DNA of 64,000 nucleotides from Escherichia phage IME08: the sequence record NC_014260.1. The stretch is one strand, 5' to 3'. Positions 18,248 to 26,431 of this stretch are shown in pieces (positions within the stretch are counted from its first letter, which is position 1; the number at the start of each line of letters is the position of its first letter). The notes under the pieces are model-generated. The model saw only the letters and a list, made by a program, of their open reading frames with translations, was not told the DNA's origin and did not search any database. Position numbers and translations under genes: made by a program.

Positions 18248-19258
18248 TCATTTATAATACGAGTTATGGTTTTCTAGGTAAACCTCTTCAACGAACTTGT
18301 CCCAGAACTTCATGTCTACCTTCTCAGGCATACCATTCTTAGCGGCCCAGATAGCATTAGTTTCGACTTCATCAACGATGGCTTCAAGTTCAGCCTGTAC
18401 ATCTTTAAAAGCATGAAGCCCTTGTTTGATTTCAAGGATAAACGGTGCTGTACGTAAAGGATATTGGAGGTCGCCTGTTTGATAGATTTCCTTCAACTGA
18501 TATCCAGCACGATAAGCATGGCTCAGAGCTTTCCAGTCAATACCTTCGTTAGCTTCAGCTTTACGAGCACGTTCGCCATATTCCGAATCGAGCTTATTCA
18601 GAGATTGCTTGAGCTCGATTAATGACAGAGTGGTTTGGTATTTACGTCCGAGAACAGTATAGAACGTTTGAGGACCTGTTTTCTCATGGTTGTAGAATAC
18701 CCATTCACAGAACTCGTTTTCAGGGAGTCGATGTTTGATATCTTCTACCTTAGTGCGACGTTGCTTAGTAGAACCATCTTCTTGATAATCGACCCACTGT
18801 TCGGGAATCTGGTTAACAATAGCCAGTACACCACGCAGAGCAGCCAGTCGAGAACCTTTAACGCCATATTTAGAAGCTTGCTTACGGACATACCCTAAAT
18901 AGGCTTTCATGTTGGTTGTATAGAACCGTGAACGATTATCTTGGATAAATTTCCATACATCAGGTAAATCAGATTTAACCACCAGTTCAGCTGGAGTGTG
19001 GAGCATATCCAGAGCAACGGTTTCGCCATCAGCCGCTAGTTTAAAGAAATATTTCAGGCTGTAAAGCTCATGGTCAACATCATCTTTAGTGTTTTTGGAA
19101 GCAGTGTTATTCGTGTTCAGGTTGGTATGGTTCATAGCCGTACCTAACAGAATATCACGCGGATGTGGAACAAAGATTTCTTTAAAATCGACATCAGATT
19201 CCGGAGTACTTGTTCCATAAAGGTGGCTACCGAAGTAGCCTTTCATAACTGTTCTCAT
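18248..19258 (-). CDS. Putative nucleotidyltransferase (Pol-beta-like NTase fold motif)
   Basis: 336 aa; N-terminal GSHLYGTSTPESDVDF fits hG[GS]-x9-13-Dh[DE]; a third acidic residue candidate lies in VALDMLH. Confidence 0.45.
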   Translation of the reverse strand: MRTVMKGYFGSHLYGTSTPESDVDFKEIFVPHPRDILLGTAMNHTNLNTNNTASKNTKDDVDHELYSLKYFFKLAADGETVALDMLHTPAELVVKSDLPDVWKFIQDNRSRFYTTNMKAYLGYVRKQASKYGVKGSRLAALRGVLAIVNQIPEQWVDYQEDGSTKQRRTKVEDIKHRLPENEFCEWVFYNHEKTGPQTFYTVLGRKYQTTLSLIELKQSLNKLDSEYGERARKAEANEGIDWKALSHAYRAGYQLKEIYQTGDLQYPLRTAPFILEIKQGLHAFKDVQAELEAIVDEVETNAIWAAKNGMPEKVDMKFWDKFVEEVYLENHNSYYK

Positions 19259-19707
19259 TCTTTGTTCTCGAAGTGGATTACAGGGCAGACCTTAGATTTA
19301 CGAGCTTTGATATATTGGATGACAACGTTTTCTTTAGTTTCTCGGCCTTCACGCTCAGCTTGAATACGCTGCCATTCCTTTTCTTCTCTACGTGCGTCAT
19401 ACCACGAGTGTAAATTCATCGCACCGAATGCCAAACCAATGGATAGCGCAATAATAAGAGATATTGCAACCAACCCTAAAACAAACCCGAGGCTCAACAG
19501 AACAGGGGTACTTAATACAAAGAAATGCTCTAATACACCAGCACCTGCTACAGTTAATCCAAAAAGCGTACTACCTGCAACAACAGCACAAGCAAAACAA
19601 GCCCAAACCATTTTCCAGAAGTAAGCACATAAAGAGTGCGGTCGAGAATGACGGTCATAAAAACGGTCGTGTAATTTAACGTGCCAAGAGTTTGTATTGA
19701 TAATCAT
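19255..19707 (-). CDS. Membrane protein (about three TM helices)
   Basis: 150-aa ORF with long hydrophobic segments. Confidence 0.45.
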   Translation of the reverse strand: MIINTNSWHVKLHDRFYDRHSRPHSLCAYFWKMVWACFACAVVAGSTLFGLTVAGAGVLEHFFVLSTPVLLSLGFVLGLVAISLIIALSIGLAFGAMNLHSWYDARREEKEWQRIQAEREGRETKENVVIQYIKARKSKVCPVIHFENKE

Positions 19708-19717
19708 AATATTTTCC

Positions 19718-20278
19718 TTAAGAGTTCATAGTTGGGATAACAGAGTTCAGATAAGAGACTAAAGCTTTGAGCTCGTCCTTAGTAAATACCACTTCATTTT
19801 CACCGTCGTGTCTTTGGGTCAAGGATAGCAAATCACGGCCCTGATGTTGATACACGGATAATTCAGTATCGTAATCCATTTCTTCTTCATCACCTTCAAA
19901 GGTTTCACTAGAACGAATTACCGCATCTTGGCCAGGGACTTTCCATTCAACTTCCGGATGGCATTCTTCCTGGAACAGTTTAAAAATACATTTAAAGAAA
20001 TTAGCAGAATCACTAATGCTTAGACATTCCCCATCCGTTTCCAAATTAAACCCGTTGTCATGGTTATAAATCTGGGCCCACATATCATCGTTAATATTAA
20101 ATACACCTCTAAAACTACCATTAAGATATTGGTGTTTGTCCAAAACCTTTAAATCGTAAAGTGGTTTGATATCTTGGATAGTCAGTACGATTTTATCGTC
20201 TTCTTGTGAAAGCACAATTGCATTATCAACTACTTCAGCGGTCAGGTCACCAAACAACCCAGATGTTTCAATAATCAT
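19718..20278 (-). CDS. Hypothetical protein (186 aa)
   Basis: ORF, same strand. Confidence 0.45.
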   Translation of the reverse strand: MIIETSGLFGDLTAEVVDNAIVLSQEDDKIVLTIQDIKPLYDLKVLDKHQYLNGSFRGVFNINDDMWAQIYNHDNGFNLETDGECLSISDSANFFKCIFKLFQEECHPEVEWKVPGQDAVIRSSETFEGDEEEMDYDTELSVYQHQGRDLLSLTQRHDGENEVVFTKDELKALVSYLNSVIPTMNS

Positions 20279-20288
20279 TTCCCGTTCC

Positions 20289-20471
20289 TCATTTCACATT
20301 TTGTTTAATAAAATTTAACAACTCTTTAAGAGCTTCATCTTCTTCTTTAGAAAGCCTGCTGCATTCACTAGCTGGGTAATTACGACAAAACGCGGTTTCA
20401 AATCTGGTCACTGCTCCAGCATATGACTCGATAAGCTCTTCAAGTTTTAAATGCTTTTCTTCAGTTTTCAT
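20289..20471 (-). CDS. Hypothetical protein
   Basis: 60-aa ORF. Confidence 0.4.
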   Translation of the reverse strand: MKTEEKHLKLEELIESYAGAVTRFETAFCRNYPASECSRLSKEEDEALKELLNFIKQNVK

Positions 20472-20474
20472 AAA

Positions 20475-20693
20475 TCACCGGTTGTGTTTTAAAATACTAT
20501 AAAGCTCTTCGACCTGGCTTGCGTTCAGACAAATCATATCATTTTCTTGTTGGAGCGTAATTCCACCTTTTTCTTCCCAATCTTTAACAAAGATGTCATC
20601 GTCAGACTCTTCAACATCGGCCAAAAGGACGATAATACCGTCTTCAGAATTACCACTCGGGTCATATAACATTACAGTTTCCTCGCTAACCAT
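20475..20693 (-). CDS. Hypothetical acidic protein
   Basis: Track ORF 20475-20747 begins with a non-ATG codon; first ATG gives about 72 aa. Confidence 0.4.
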   Translation of the reverse strand: MVSEETVMLYDPSGNSEDGIIVLLADVEESDDDIFVKDWEEKGGITLQQENDMICLNASQVEELYSILKHNR

Positions 20694-20791
20694 GAAAAGA
20701 ATAAACCAATTAAAATGGGCCCTACAGCCATTGTTAGCCAAGCCCAAGGCTCAAGATAGTAAATCATCTCATGCTCCTATGCCATCAGCCA

Positions 20792-20974
20792 TTATGCTTT
20801 CAATTCTTCTAAATAATCAACCAAAGCCTGTTTTGATTTAGCCAAATCTCGTTTACACCGTTCTATTCCGGAATATGAATAACCTTCACACATCTCAACC
20901 GCAAGGTCGTTAGAATCTCTTTCAATTTCAATAGCCAATTTAAGAATTTTTGCACACTGTTCAGTAGTTAACAT
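20792..20974 (-). CDS. Hypothetical protein
   Basis: 60-aa ORF. Confidence 0.4.
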   Translation of the reverse strand: MLTTEQCAKILKLAIEIERDSNDLAVEMCEGYSYSGIERCKRDLAKSKQALVDYLEELKA

Positions 20975-20978
20975 AATA

Positions 20979-21215
20979 TCACCAGTATTTGTTAATGGTA
21001 GAAATTAATTCTTGGGCCTGGGCTGTATTCAATTTACATCCACAACCCTTTAATGTGTCTTTAAGGAGCCACGGTTCCTTGAGCTCATCCTTTTCCAGAC
21101 GAATTCTGTATCCTCGATAATCGGCAAATATACTTCGGTCGTCGAATATCTTAATCTCAAGGATACGACCGTTGATTTCATATTCTAATGAAACCGTAGT
21201 ACTTGTAAGTTTCAT
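20979..21215 (-). CDS. Hypothetical protein
   Basis: 78-aa ORF. Confidence 0.45.
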   Translation of the reverse strand: MKLTSTTVSLEYEINGRILEIKIFDDRSIFADYRGYRIRLEKDELKEPWLLKDTLKGCGCKLNTAQAQELISTINKYW

Positions 21216-21228
21216 ACTGTTTTCCTCA

Positions 21229-21459
21229 TTAAATTTTTTCGAATAATGCTAAAGCTTTTTCGATAGCTACAGATTTGGTACCAATAACCATTTTAGGCTG
21301 AGATTGGAACTTAGTAGCTTCGTAAACTTCTAAACCGGTTACTTTACCATTTTGTTCGATAATAGCAAAGGTGGCGTTTTCAAAATCTTCAGCTTTAACT
21401 TTAAGTGCTTTAGAAGCTTTAGCGATATCGATAACTTTCAGGTTGGTGATGGTTTTCAT
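21229..21459 (-). CDS. Hypothetical protein
   Basis: 76-aa ORF with SD GAGGAG, first gene after an early promoter. Confidence 0.45.
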   Translation of the reverse strand: MKTITNLKVIDIAKASKALKVKAEDFENATFAIIEQNGKVTGLEVYEATKFQSQPKMVIGTKSVAIEKALALFEKI

Positions 21460-21487
21460 TTTGTTCTCCTCATTAGTTGATAGGTCT

Positions 21488-21516
21488 ATAGTATCATGTT
21501 CCTAGAGGATGTAAAC
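21488..21516 (-). promoter_or_regulatory. T4-type early promoter (PeSL-like cassette)
   Basis: Minus strand GTTTAC, 17 nt, TACTAT, then AGACCTATCAAC. Confidence 0.6.
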
Positions 21517-21524
21517 ACCTAAAC

Positions 21525-21555
21525 GAAAAAAGGTCCCACCGAAGTGAGACCTTTG
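21525..21555 (-). terminator. Rho-independent terminator (UUCG tetraloop)
   Basis: GGUCUCAC-UUCG-GUGGGACC followed by UUUUUU, right after the stop of the 21557-21940 gene and just upstream of the next promoter. Confidence 0.55.
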
Positions 21556-21556
21556 A

Positions 21557-21940
21557 TTATTCTAACGTCAGCAAATACTTAGTCTGGTAAAAGACGCCAG
21601 TGATATCGTCCAAAGTCGACTGGATGGCCTTGGGAAGGGTGTCATAGATTTTATCAGTTGCTTTAAGAAGCTCATCAAGGAAATCTACAGGGTCCTTAGG
21701 CAAGTCTGAAGCAGACGGTAATGATGCTTTATATTCTTTGCCACTGAATCCAAGATATTGCTCACTAAATTGGTCCAGAGGTCCTTGAACTTCTACATAA
21801 TAGAAGTCATACGCTTTGTGTCTTGCATAGCTTTTGGTTTCTAAATGGGCTGACTTAAAATAGGCTAAAGAAACCAGTAGCCAACCAATATAAGAATCCA
21901 CTTCAGACCCTCGACCGGGTACGAAATCATTGAATTTCAT
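21557..21940 (-). CDS. Hypothetical protein (127 aa)
   Basis: ORF downstream of rI. Confidence 0.45.
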   Translation of the reverse strand: MKFNDFVPGRGSEVDSYIGWLLVSLAYFKSAHLETKSYARHKAYDFYYVEVQGPLDQFSEQYLGFSGKEYKASLPSASDLPKDPVDFLDELLKATDKIYDTLPKAIQSTLDDITGVFYQTKYLLTLE

Positions 21941-22220
21941 CTTCTACCTTCATTAGTTTTGCATAACGCTCTCCGATGGCACGACCTTCAATTGAGCATG
22001 CTTCTATAGTCCGACAACTTGAATTCTTCCAGGAAGCCGTAACATAGGCCCAATAGTCTTCGGAGGCCTTTACGCTTGGTCTACTCATTTGCGCATAAAC
22101 AGGCATCGCACTACTAGCAAACGCGTCCATCAATTTATCGTTGGTATCATTTGCTAGTGAAACTGAAGGGCCTAAACATCCCGCCATAAGGATACAAGCC
22201 GCTGTACGGAAAATATCCAT
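21927..22220 (-). CDS. rI: Lysis-inhibition regulator RI (antiholin)
   Basis: 97 aa, same length as T4 RI; N-terminal signal-anchor-like segment and C-terminal KNSSCRTIEACSIEGRAIGERYAKLMKVE resembling T4 RI KNDPCSSDFECIERGAEMAQSYARIMNIK; adjacent to tk. Confidence 0.7.
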   Translation of the reverse strand: MDIFRTAACILMAGCLGPSVSLANDTNDKLMDAFASSAMPVYAQMSRPSVKASEDYWAYVTASWKNSSCRTIEACSIEGRAIGERYAKLMKVEDEIQ

Positions 22221-22309
22221 ACAAATGTCCTTTGTTGTTTTATACTATTTGCCTTTCGGCCTTAACCGATAGCGATTACCAAAAGCTAAAGCTCTACGGT
22301 TAGTATTAT

Positions 22310-22317
22310 TATTTATA
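22310..22317 (-). promoter_or_regulatory. Candidate late promoter upstream of rI
   Basis: Minus-strand TATAAATA overlapping the stop codon of the upstream gene. Confidence 0.35.
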
Positions 22318-22591
22318 GCTTTTTAAGCTTACGACAATAAGAATAGAACACGTCGTTAAAATTATATTCAACCCAATTCCTCTGTATAGGCGAGGTAATG
22401 GAAAGCATATAATGCGCTTTAATTAAATCCATCCCATTTTTATTAGGACACTCTTTATTATTAGCATTATACGTCGCTGCTACAACCTCTATCTCTCTTT
22501 TGTAAGCCACATCATCCATGATAGGCGAAAGAACAATATAAGAAATAGCCACAGCGAACGCTAGAATTAAAATCTTTGAATTTAGGTCCAT
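22313..22591 (-). CDS. Membrane-anchored hypothetical protein
   Basis: 92-aa ORF with N-terminal TM segment, between tk and rI. Confidence 0.45.
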   Translation of the reverse strand: MDLNSKILILAFAVAISYIVLSPIMDDVAYKREIEVVAATYNANNKECPNKNGMDLIKAHYMLSITSPIQRNWVEYNFNDVFYSYCRKLKKL

Positions 22592-22598
22592 AGTACCC

Positions 22599-23171
22599 TC
22601 AACTCGTTATTTCTATCCAGTGCTTCCTGCACAATGACACGTAAGAATCGTTGCCACCTATAGAAACTTGGGCTCCGTCCTTAATTGCGATACCATCTTG
22701 GATACGAGCCGTCATAGTAGCTTTACGGCCGCAATGGCACACACCTTTATACTCAACGAGTTTATCTGCCGTAGCGAGTAATTCAGCAGAGCCAGGAAAC
22801 AGTTTACCCTGAAAATCAGTTCTTAGTCCATAGCACATAACTGGAACATTATAATTGTCTACTATCTTGGCCAGTTGTTTTATCTGTACAGGTTCTAAGA
22901 ATTGCGCTTCATCCACAAACACACAGTGGATATCTTTTTGAGATTCAGCCCAACGATAGAACTCGTATAGGTCCATATCCGGAGTCACTGCATTAGCCTC
23001 TTGGCTAATCCCTATACGAGATGAAATGCTATGGCTTGATTCTCTATTGTCTATCGCAGGCTTTAAAAGGAGTACGCCCATACCGCGTTCTTTGTAGTTA
23101 TGAGCGGCCGTTAGCAATGAAGCAGTCTTCCCAGAATTCATTGCAGCATAGTGAAAATAAAGTTGAGCCAT
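22599..23171 (-). CDS. tk: Thymidine kinase
   Basis: 190 aa; Walker A NSGKTASLL, zinc-ribbon CHCGRKAT...CRKH typical of type II thymidine kinases; matches T4 Tk. Confidence 0.9.
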   Translation of the reverse strand: MAQLYFHYAAMNSGKTASLLTAAHNYKERGMGVLLLKPAIDNRESSHSISSRIGISQEANAVTPDMDLYEFYRWAESQKDIHCVFVDEAQFLEPVQIKQLAKIVDNYNVPVMCYGLRTDFQGKLFPGSAELLATADKLVEYKGVCHCGRKATMTARIQDGIAIKDGAQVSIGGNDSYVSLCRKHWIEITS

Positions 23172-23180
23172 ATTACCTTC

Positions 23181-23387
23181 TTAAAGACTATTTACATAAG
23201 CTATTAATTCATTTTCTTTCTCATCAAATCGATTGGCAAATTCTTCCTGATGTTCGGCATCTATTGGACCGTATTCATCATAAAAGGCGTTTGCTTCCGT
23301 ATGCTCATCCAAAAGCTCATGGATAAGCTCAAATAATTTATCTTTCTGTTCTTTACTCAGACTCATAACCATTGCACCTTTAAGCAA
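23181..23387 (-). CDS. Hypothetical acidic protein
   Basis: 68-aa ORF. Confidence 0.4.
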   Translation of the reverse strand: MLKGAMVMSLSKEQKDKLFELIHELLDEHTEANAFYDEYGPIDAEHQEEFANRFDEKENELIAYVNSL

Positions 23388-23575
23388 TATTCTTCTACAT
23401 GCTGTTTACGTTTATTTTTATCTATAAAAGTATATTCAACATATTCACCTATATACCATTTATCGGTGTTGTGTTGACTTTTTATAGGGCATTTAGTTAC
23501 TCGAGTTTCGGTCCAGCGTCGAATAATTTCCGCTTTGTTTTTAGGGTCAAACGGATGTGGGTAATGGGCTTTCAT
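23363..23575 (-). CDS. Hypothetical protein
   Basis: 70-aa ORF. Confidence 0.4.
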   Translation of the reverse strand: MKAHYPHPFDPKNKAEIIRRWTETRVTKCPIKSQHNTDKWYIGEYVEYTFIDKNKRKQHVEEYCLKVQWL

Positions 23576-24014
23576 AATCTACCACCACTAAATTGATATC
23601 AGGAGTAAACAAATTAATCAATTGATAAACCTTGTCCCAATCACCACCAGCAATACCACAACCAATGCGAGGAATATAAATTCTTGGTTTAAACAAAAGA
23701 CCTTTTGCGGTACGGTTTAATTCTATCATACAGTTTACTAAAGCACCATAATCAAGATTAGGGCCTGGCTCGTATTGCGTATAAAGATTATAGCAAATTT
23801 GCCCATTATTACCTGTGGCTTGAGTAAATGTGCCAAGTTTTTCTACACCGCCTAAATAAGTGGTTTTATCGATAGCGAGAATAGGCGGATAAGCCTTAGC
23901 CAATTGTCCGGCTACACCTGAACCCATTGTATGGAAACAATTGCACCCGTGTGCAACATTATTACCTTGAAGAAACAGGGCGACGATATCGCCCTTAATA
24001 TAATCAATAATCAT
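23547..24014 (-). CDS. Macro-domain-like protein (possible ADP-ribose binding/processing)
   Basis: 155 aa; GNNVAHGCNCFHTMGSGVAGQL resembles the macro-domain N...GGG(V/I).G.I loop; assignment by motif only. Confidence 0.4.
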   Translation of the reverse strand: MIIDYIKGDIVALFLQGNNVAHGCNCFHTMGSGVAGQLAKAYPPILAIDKTTYLGGVEKLGTFTQATGNNGQICYNLYTQYEPGPNLDYGALVNCMIELNRTAKGLLFKPRIYIPRIGCGIAGGDWDKVYQLINLFTPDINLVVVDYESPLPTSV

Positions 24015-24367
24015 TTAGAATTTAATCCTCGGTTGTACGAGTCAACGAGTCTGTCTACCATAGACGCGCACATTTCTTTGTACTTTTTATCAGATGGAAC
24101 ACATTCAGTAACGTTTAGACGTTGCTCGTACCTTTTAGAAAGAGTTTTCTCTTTCATTCTGCGATGCTCTACGTCGTTCTGTCCATCTTTAAAAGCCGCT
24201 GTGATTTTTGAACTGAATTCGATAACGCATTCAGTATTACTTGGATGACAATAATCTTTTGCTGTGCGGGTAGCATACTCAACAATTGAATTATTGCTAT
24301 CATCAACTTGTGACGCTAATACTCCCGGAGCTATCAACATAAGCGCTATAGTCATCTGCTTAATCAT
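24011..24367 (-). CDS. Secreted/periplasmic hypothetical protein
   Basis: 118 aa with N-terminal signal peptide MIKQMTIALMLIAPGVLASQ. Confidence 0.45.
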   Translation of the reverse strand: MIKQMTIALMLIAPGVLASQVDDSNNSIVEYATRTAKDYCHPSNTECVIEFSSKITAAFKDGQNDVEHRRMKEKTLSKRYEQRLNVTECVPSDKKYKEMCASMVDRLVDSYNRGLNSK

Positions 24368-24907
24368 TTAGTATACCGCCTCAAACATCTTTTTAGATTT
24401 TAGGTAATTGGCCTTTTCTAGAACTTCAGAAGCATACTTACTGCCTGCTTTGACGTTCCAGCCCGCATTATAAGAAGCAATCGCTTTTCTCAGGTCACCT
24501 TTGTGAACATCAATCCAATAAGACAGCTCAATGTAGGCCCAAGAGGCACTGTTCTGTCGTTTTTGGACCATGCGAATTATTTCTTTGTCTGACATCTTCC
24601 AACCTACCTGTTGAACACGACTTCTTAACGTAGGCAAGTAATTTTGGAACATGCCATAAGCATGGTGCTTATCTTTATTTAAACCCTGATTAATTCCGGC
24701 AGATGATTCCTGCCATAGTAATCCGGCCATGATATATCCTAATCCTTTTTGATTAGGGTTTTCTTTGAACTTTCCCGACTTTTGGTATTGTTCACCGAAA
24801 GCATACGCATAATGTAAATTATCGAGTTGTTCATTACTGAAAGTAGGCTCTACGCTATGGGCAGACATACTAACTGTCAATAGTAAAGTGGCTAATACTT
24901 TTTTCAT
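24368..24907 (-). CDS. Secreted lytic transglycosylase (SLT domain)
   Basis: 179 aa; signal peptide MKKVLATLLLTVSMSAHS; SLT motifs WQESS (catalytic Glu-Ser), AYGMFQ, SYNAG. Confidence 0.6.
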   Translation of the reverse strand: MKKVLATLLLTVSMSAHSVEPTFSNEQLDNLHYAYAFGEQYQKSGKFKENPNQKGLGYIMAGLLWQESSAGINQGLNKDKHHAYGMFQNYLPTLRSRVQQVGWKMSDKEIIRMVQKRQNSASWAYIELSYWIDVHKGDLRKAIASYNAGWNVKAGSKYASEVLEKANYLKSKKMFEAVY

Positions 24908-24919
24908 GAGACCTCATTA

Positions 24920-25378
24920 TTAAAGATAGATTACTTTCGTGCTGGTTTTACCTTCTAAACGTTTAGAGTTAACAAATGCCATACGACATTTAAGGGAATA
25001 TCCTTTATCAGGATGTTTACGGTCTACGGTCATACCTAGCCATAAGGTTTTATCGGTAATTTCGAGACGCAATGGACGATACACTTTACCAGGGACAATT
25101 TCGGATTCTACATCAGGCAGAGGTTCCTGGATTAAGAATTCATGGATTTCTTTAACATGGTTATGGAGTTGCTTGAATAAAGCAAAAACGTATTTTTCGT
25201 CGATTTCACGTTGGATAGCACGGTCCAACAAATGATTAGAGTACTTAATAAAGAAGGCTGGGACTCCGCTCTTAACGGCGGCTTTTTTGATGGACGCATT
25301 CAGTTCGCGGAATTCGGTTTCGAACTGACGACGTAATTTGTTGCGGCGGATGAATACTTCTGAATTAATTTCTGACAT
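24920..25378 (-). CDS. regB: Site-specific endoribonuclease RegB
   Basis: 152 aa (T4 RegB 153); EVFIRRNKLRR.FE.EFR...HLLDRAIQREIDE.YVF.LF matches T4 RegB. Confidence 0.85.
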   Translation of the reverse strand: MSEINSEVFIRRNKLRRQFETEFRELNASIKKAAVKSGVPAFFIKYSNHLLDRAIQREIDEKYVFALFKQLHNHVKEIHEFLIQEPLPDVESEIVPGKVYRPLRLEITDKTLWLGMTVDRKHPDKGYSLKCRMAFVNSKRLEGKTSTKVIYL

Positions 25379-25406
25379 TTTGTAATCTCCTGTAGTTGAT
25401 AGGTTT

Positions 25407-25435
25407 ATAGTATCATGTCTACAGGAGATGTAAAC
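25407..25435 (-). promoter_or_regulatory. T4-type early promoter upstream of regB
   Basis: Minus strand GTTTAC, 17 nt, TACTAT, then AAACCTATCAAC; inverted repeat CCTGTAG/CTACAGG spans the -10. Confidence 0.6.
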
Positions 25436-25439
25436 AGCT

Positions 25440-25649
25440 TTATTCTTGGAATGGGGTAAGTTTTCCAGCAGCTGAACAAATTTCTACCAGTACAGGGTAA
25501 AACTCTTTCACTTGTTCAAGGCGTTGGGCTGCATACTGTACTTCGCCTTCTTCGAGACAAGCCATTTGGTCGTCAAGCAAGTATTTGTGGTAGCCTGTAC
25601 AGGCTTCACCGATGATACGCTGGAAATCTTGTAAACTTTCAATTTTCAT
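25440..25649 (-). CDS. Hypothetical protein
   Basis: Internal Met (MKIESLQDF) of track ORF 25440-25691; start codon overlaps the upstream stop. Confidence 0.4.
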   Translation of the reverse strand: MKIESLQDFQRIIGEACTGYHKYLLDDQMACLEEGEVQYAAQRLEQVKEFYPVLVEICSAAGKLTPFQE

Positions 25650-25927
25650 CAGTATTTTTCCTCGGGTTGGAAAACGGAACGACATGCCCACATGCTTGCT
25701 TCTTTCAAGCGTTCGATTGCCGTACGAATCTGGGCTAGGCGTTCATGGGTGAGGTTGAATTCTTCATCACTCATTTTATCAACACCGGAGCATGTAAAGG
25801 CTTCAACATATTCTTCTTCCAAGGCTTTAAAGATTAACCCTAATCGAACTTCGGCATCTTTAATCGCATTCACTTTACCAATTTTATCGTCGGTATGTGG
25901 CTTATAACCCTTAATATCTTCAATCAT
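25649..25927 (-). CDS. Hypothetical protein (candidate Vs.4/Acb2-like by size and position)
   Basis: 92-aa ORF in the regB-to-denV interval where T4 carries vs.3-vs.8; the assignment is positional only. Confidence 0.4.
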   Translation of the reverse strand: MIEDIKGYKPHTDDKIGKVNAIKDAEVRLGLIFKALEEEYVEAFTCSGVDKMSDEEFNLTHERLAQIRTAIERLKEASMWACRSVFQPEEKY

Positions 25928-26142
25928 TTCACTTCCTCATCAGATGCAATATCGTATTCAACTAAATGAATCCCGTCATATCCGCCACGAACAGAGATAT
26001 ATGTGCTAGGATAAACGGTTTCTTTACCATTCCATTGTCCACCATCCCAACATTCCAAAAAGCCTTGTTCGCCCTGTTCGTGGAACCAGTCAACAAACAT
26101 CTTCAGAGCTTCATCAGAGCCTTCAATTGTCAATTTAGACAT
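25924..26142 (-). CDS. Hypothetical acidic protein
   Basis: 72-aa ORF. Confidence 0.4.
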   Translation of the reverse strand: MSKLTIEGSDEALKMFVDWFHEQGEQGFLECWDGGQWNGKETVYPSTYISVRGGYDGIHLVEYDIASDEEVK

Positions 26143-26431
26143 ATTTCTTCCAGTCAGAAATCATATGAATCTCTTGGTCATAAGTTAAGAGACTGCGAGT
26201 AATAATACCCTTACAAGGCCCTGAGATGAACTCGAGGGTGAAGTAAGGAACTTGTTTCATTAATCGGATGCTTGGGGCGTGGCATCTAAAACGAGAGCCC
26301 TTAAAGGGCCCTGTCATGAATACATATTCTAATGGGTAAAAATAAGCATATTCAAAATTCATGGTAAGGTCCTCTCTTCGAACCTTACGTGAGAAATAAC
26401 AGAACTCAAAAAGTTCTTCATCAGTCATCAT
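26135..26431 (-). CDS. Hypothetical protein
   Basis: 98-aa ORF. Confidence 0.4.
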   Translation of the reverse strand: MMTDEELFEFCYFSRKVRREDLTMNFEYAYFYPLEYVFMTGPFKGSRFRCHAPSIRLMKQVPYFTLEFISGPCKGIITRSLLTYDQEIHMISDWKKYV

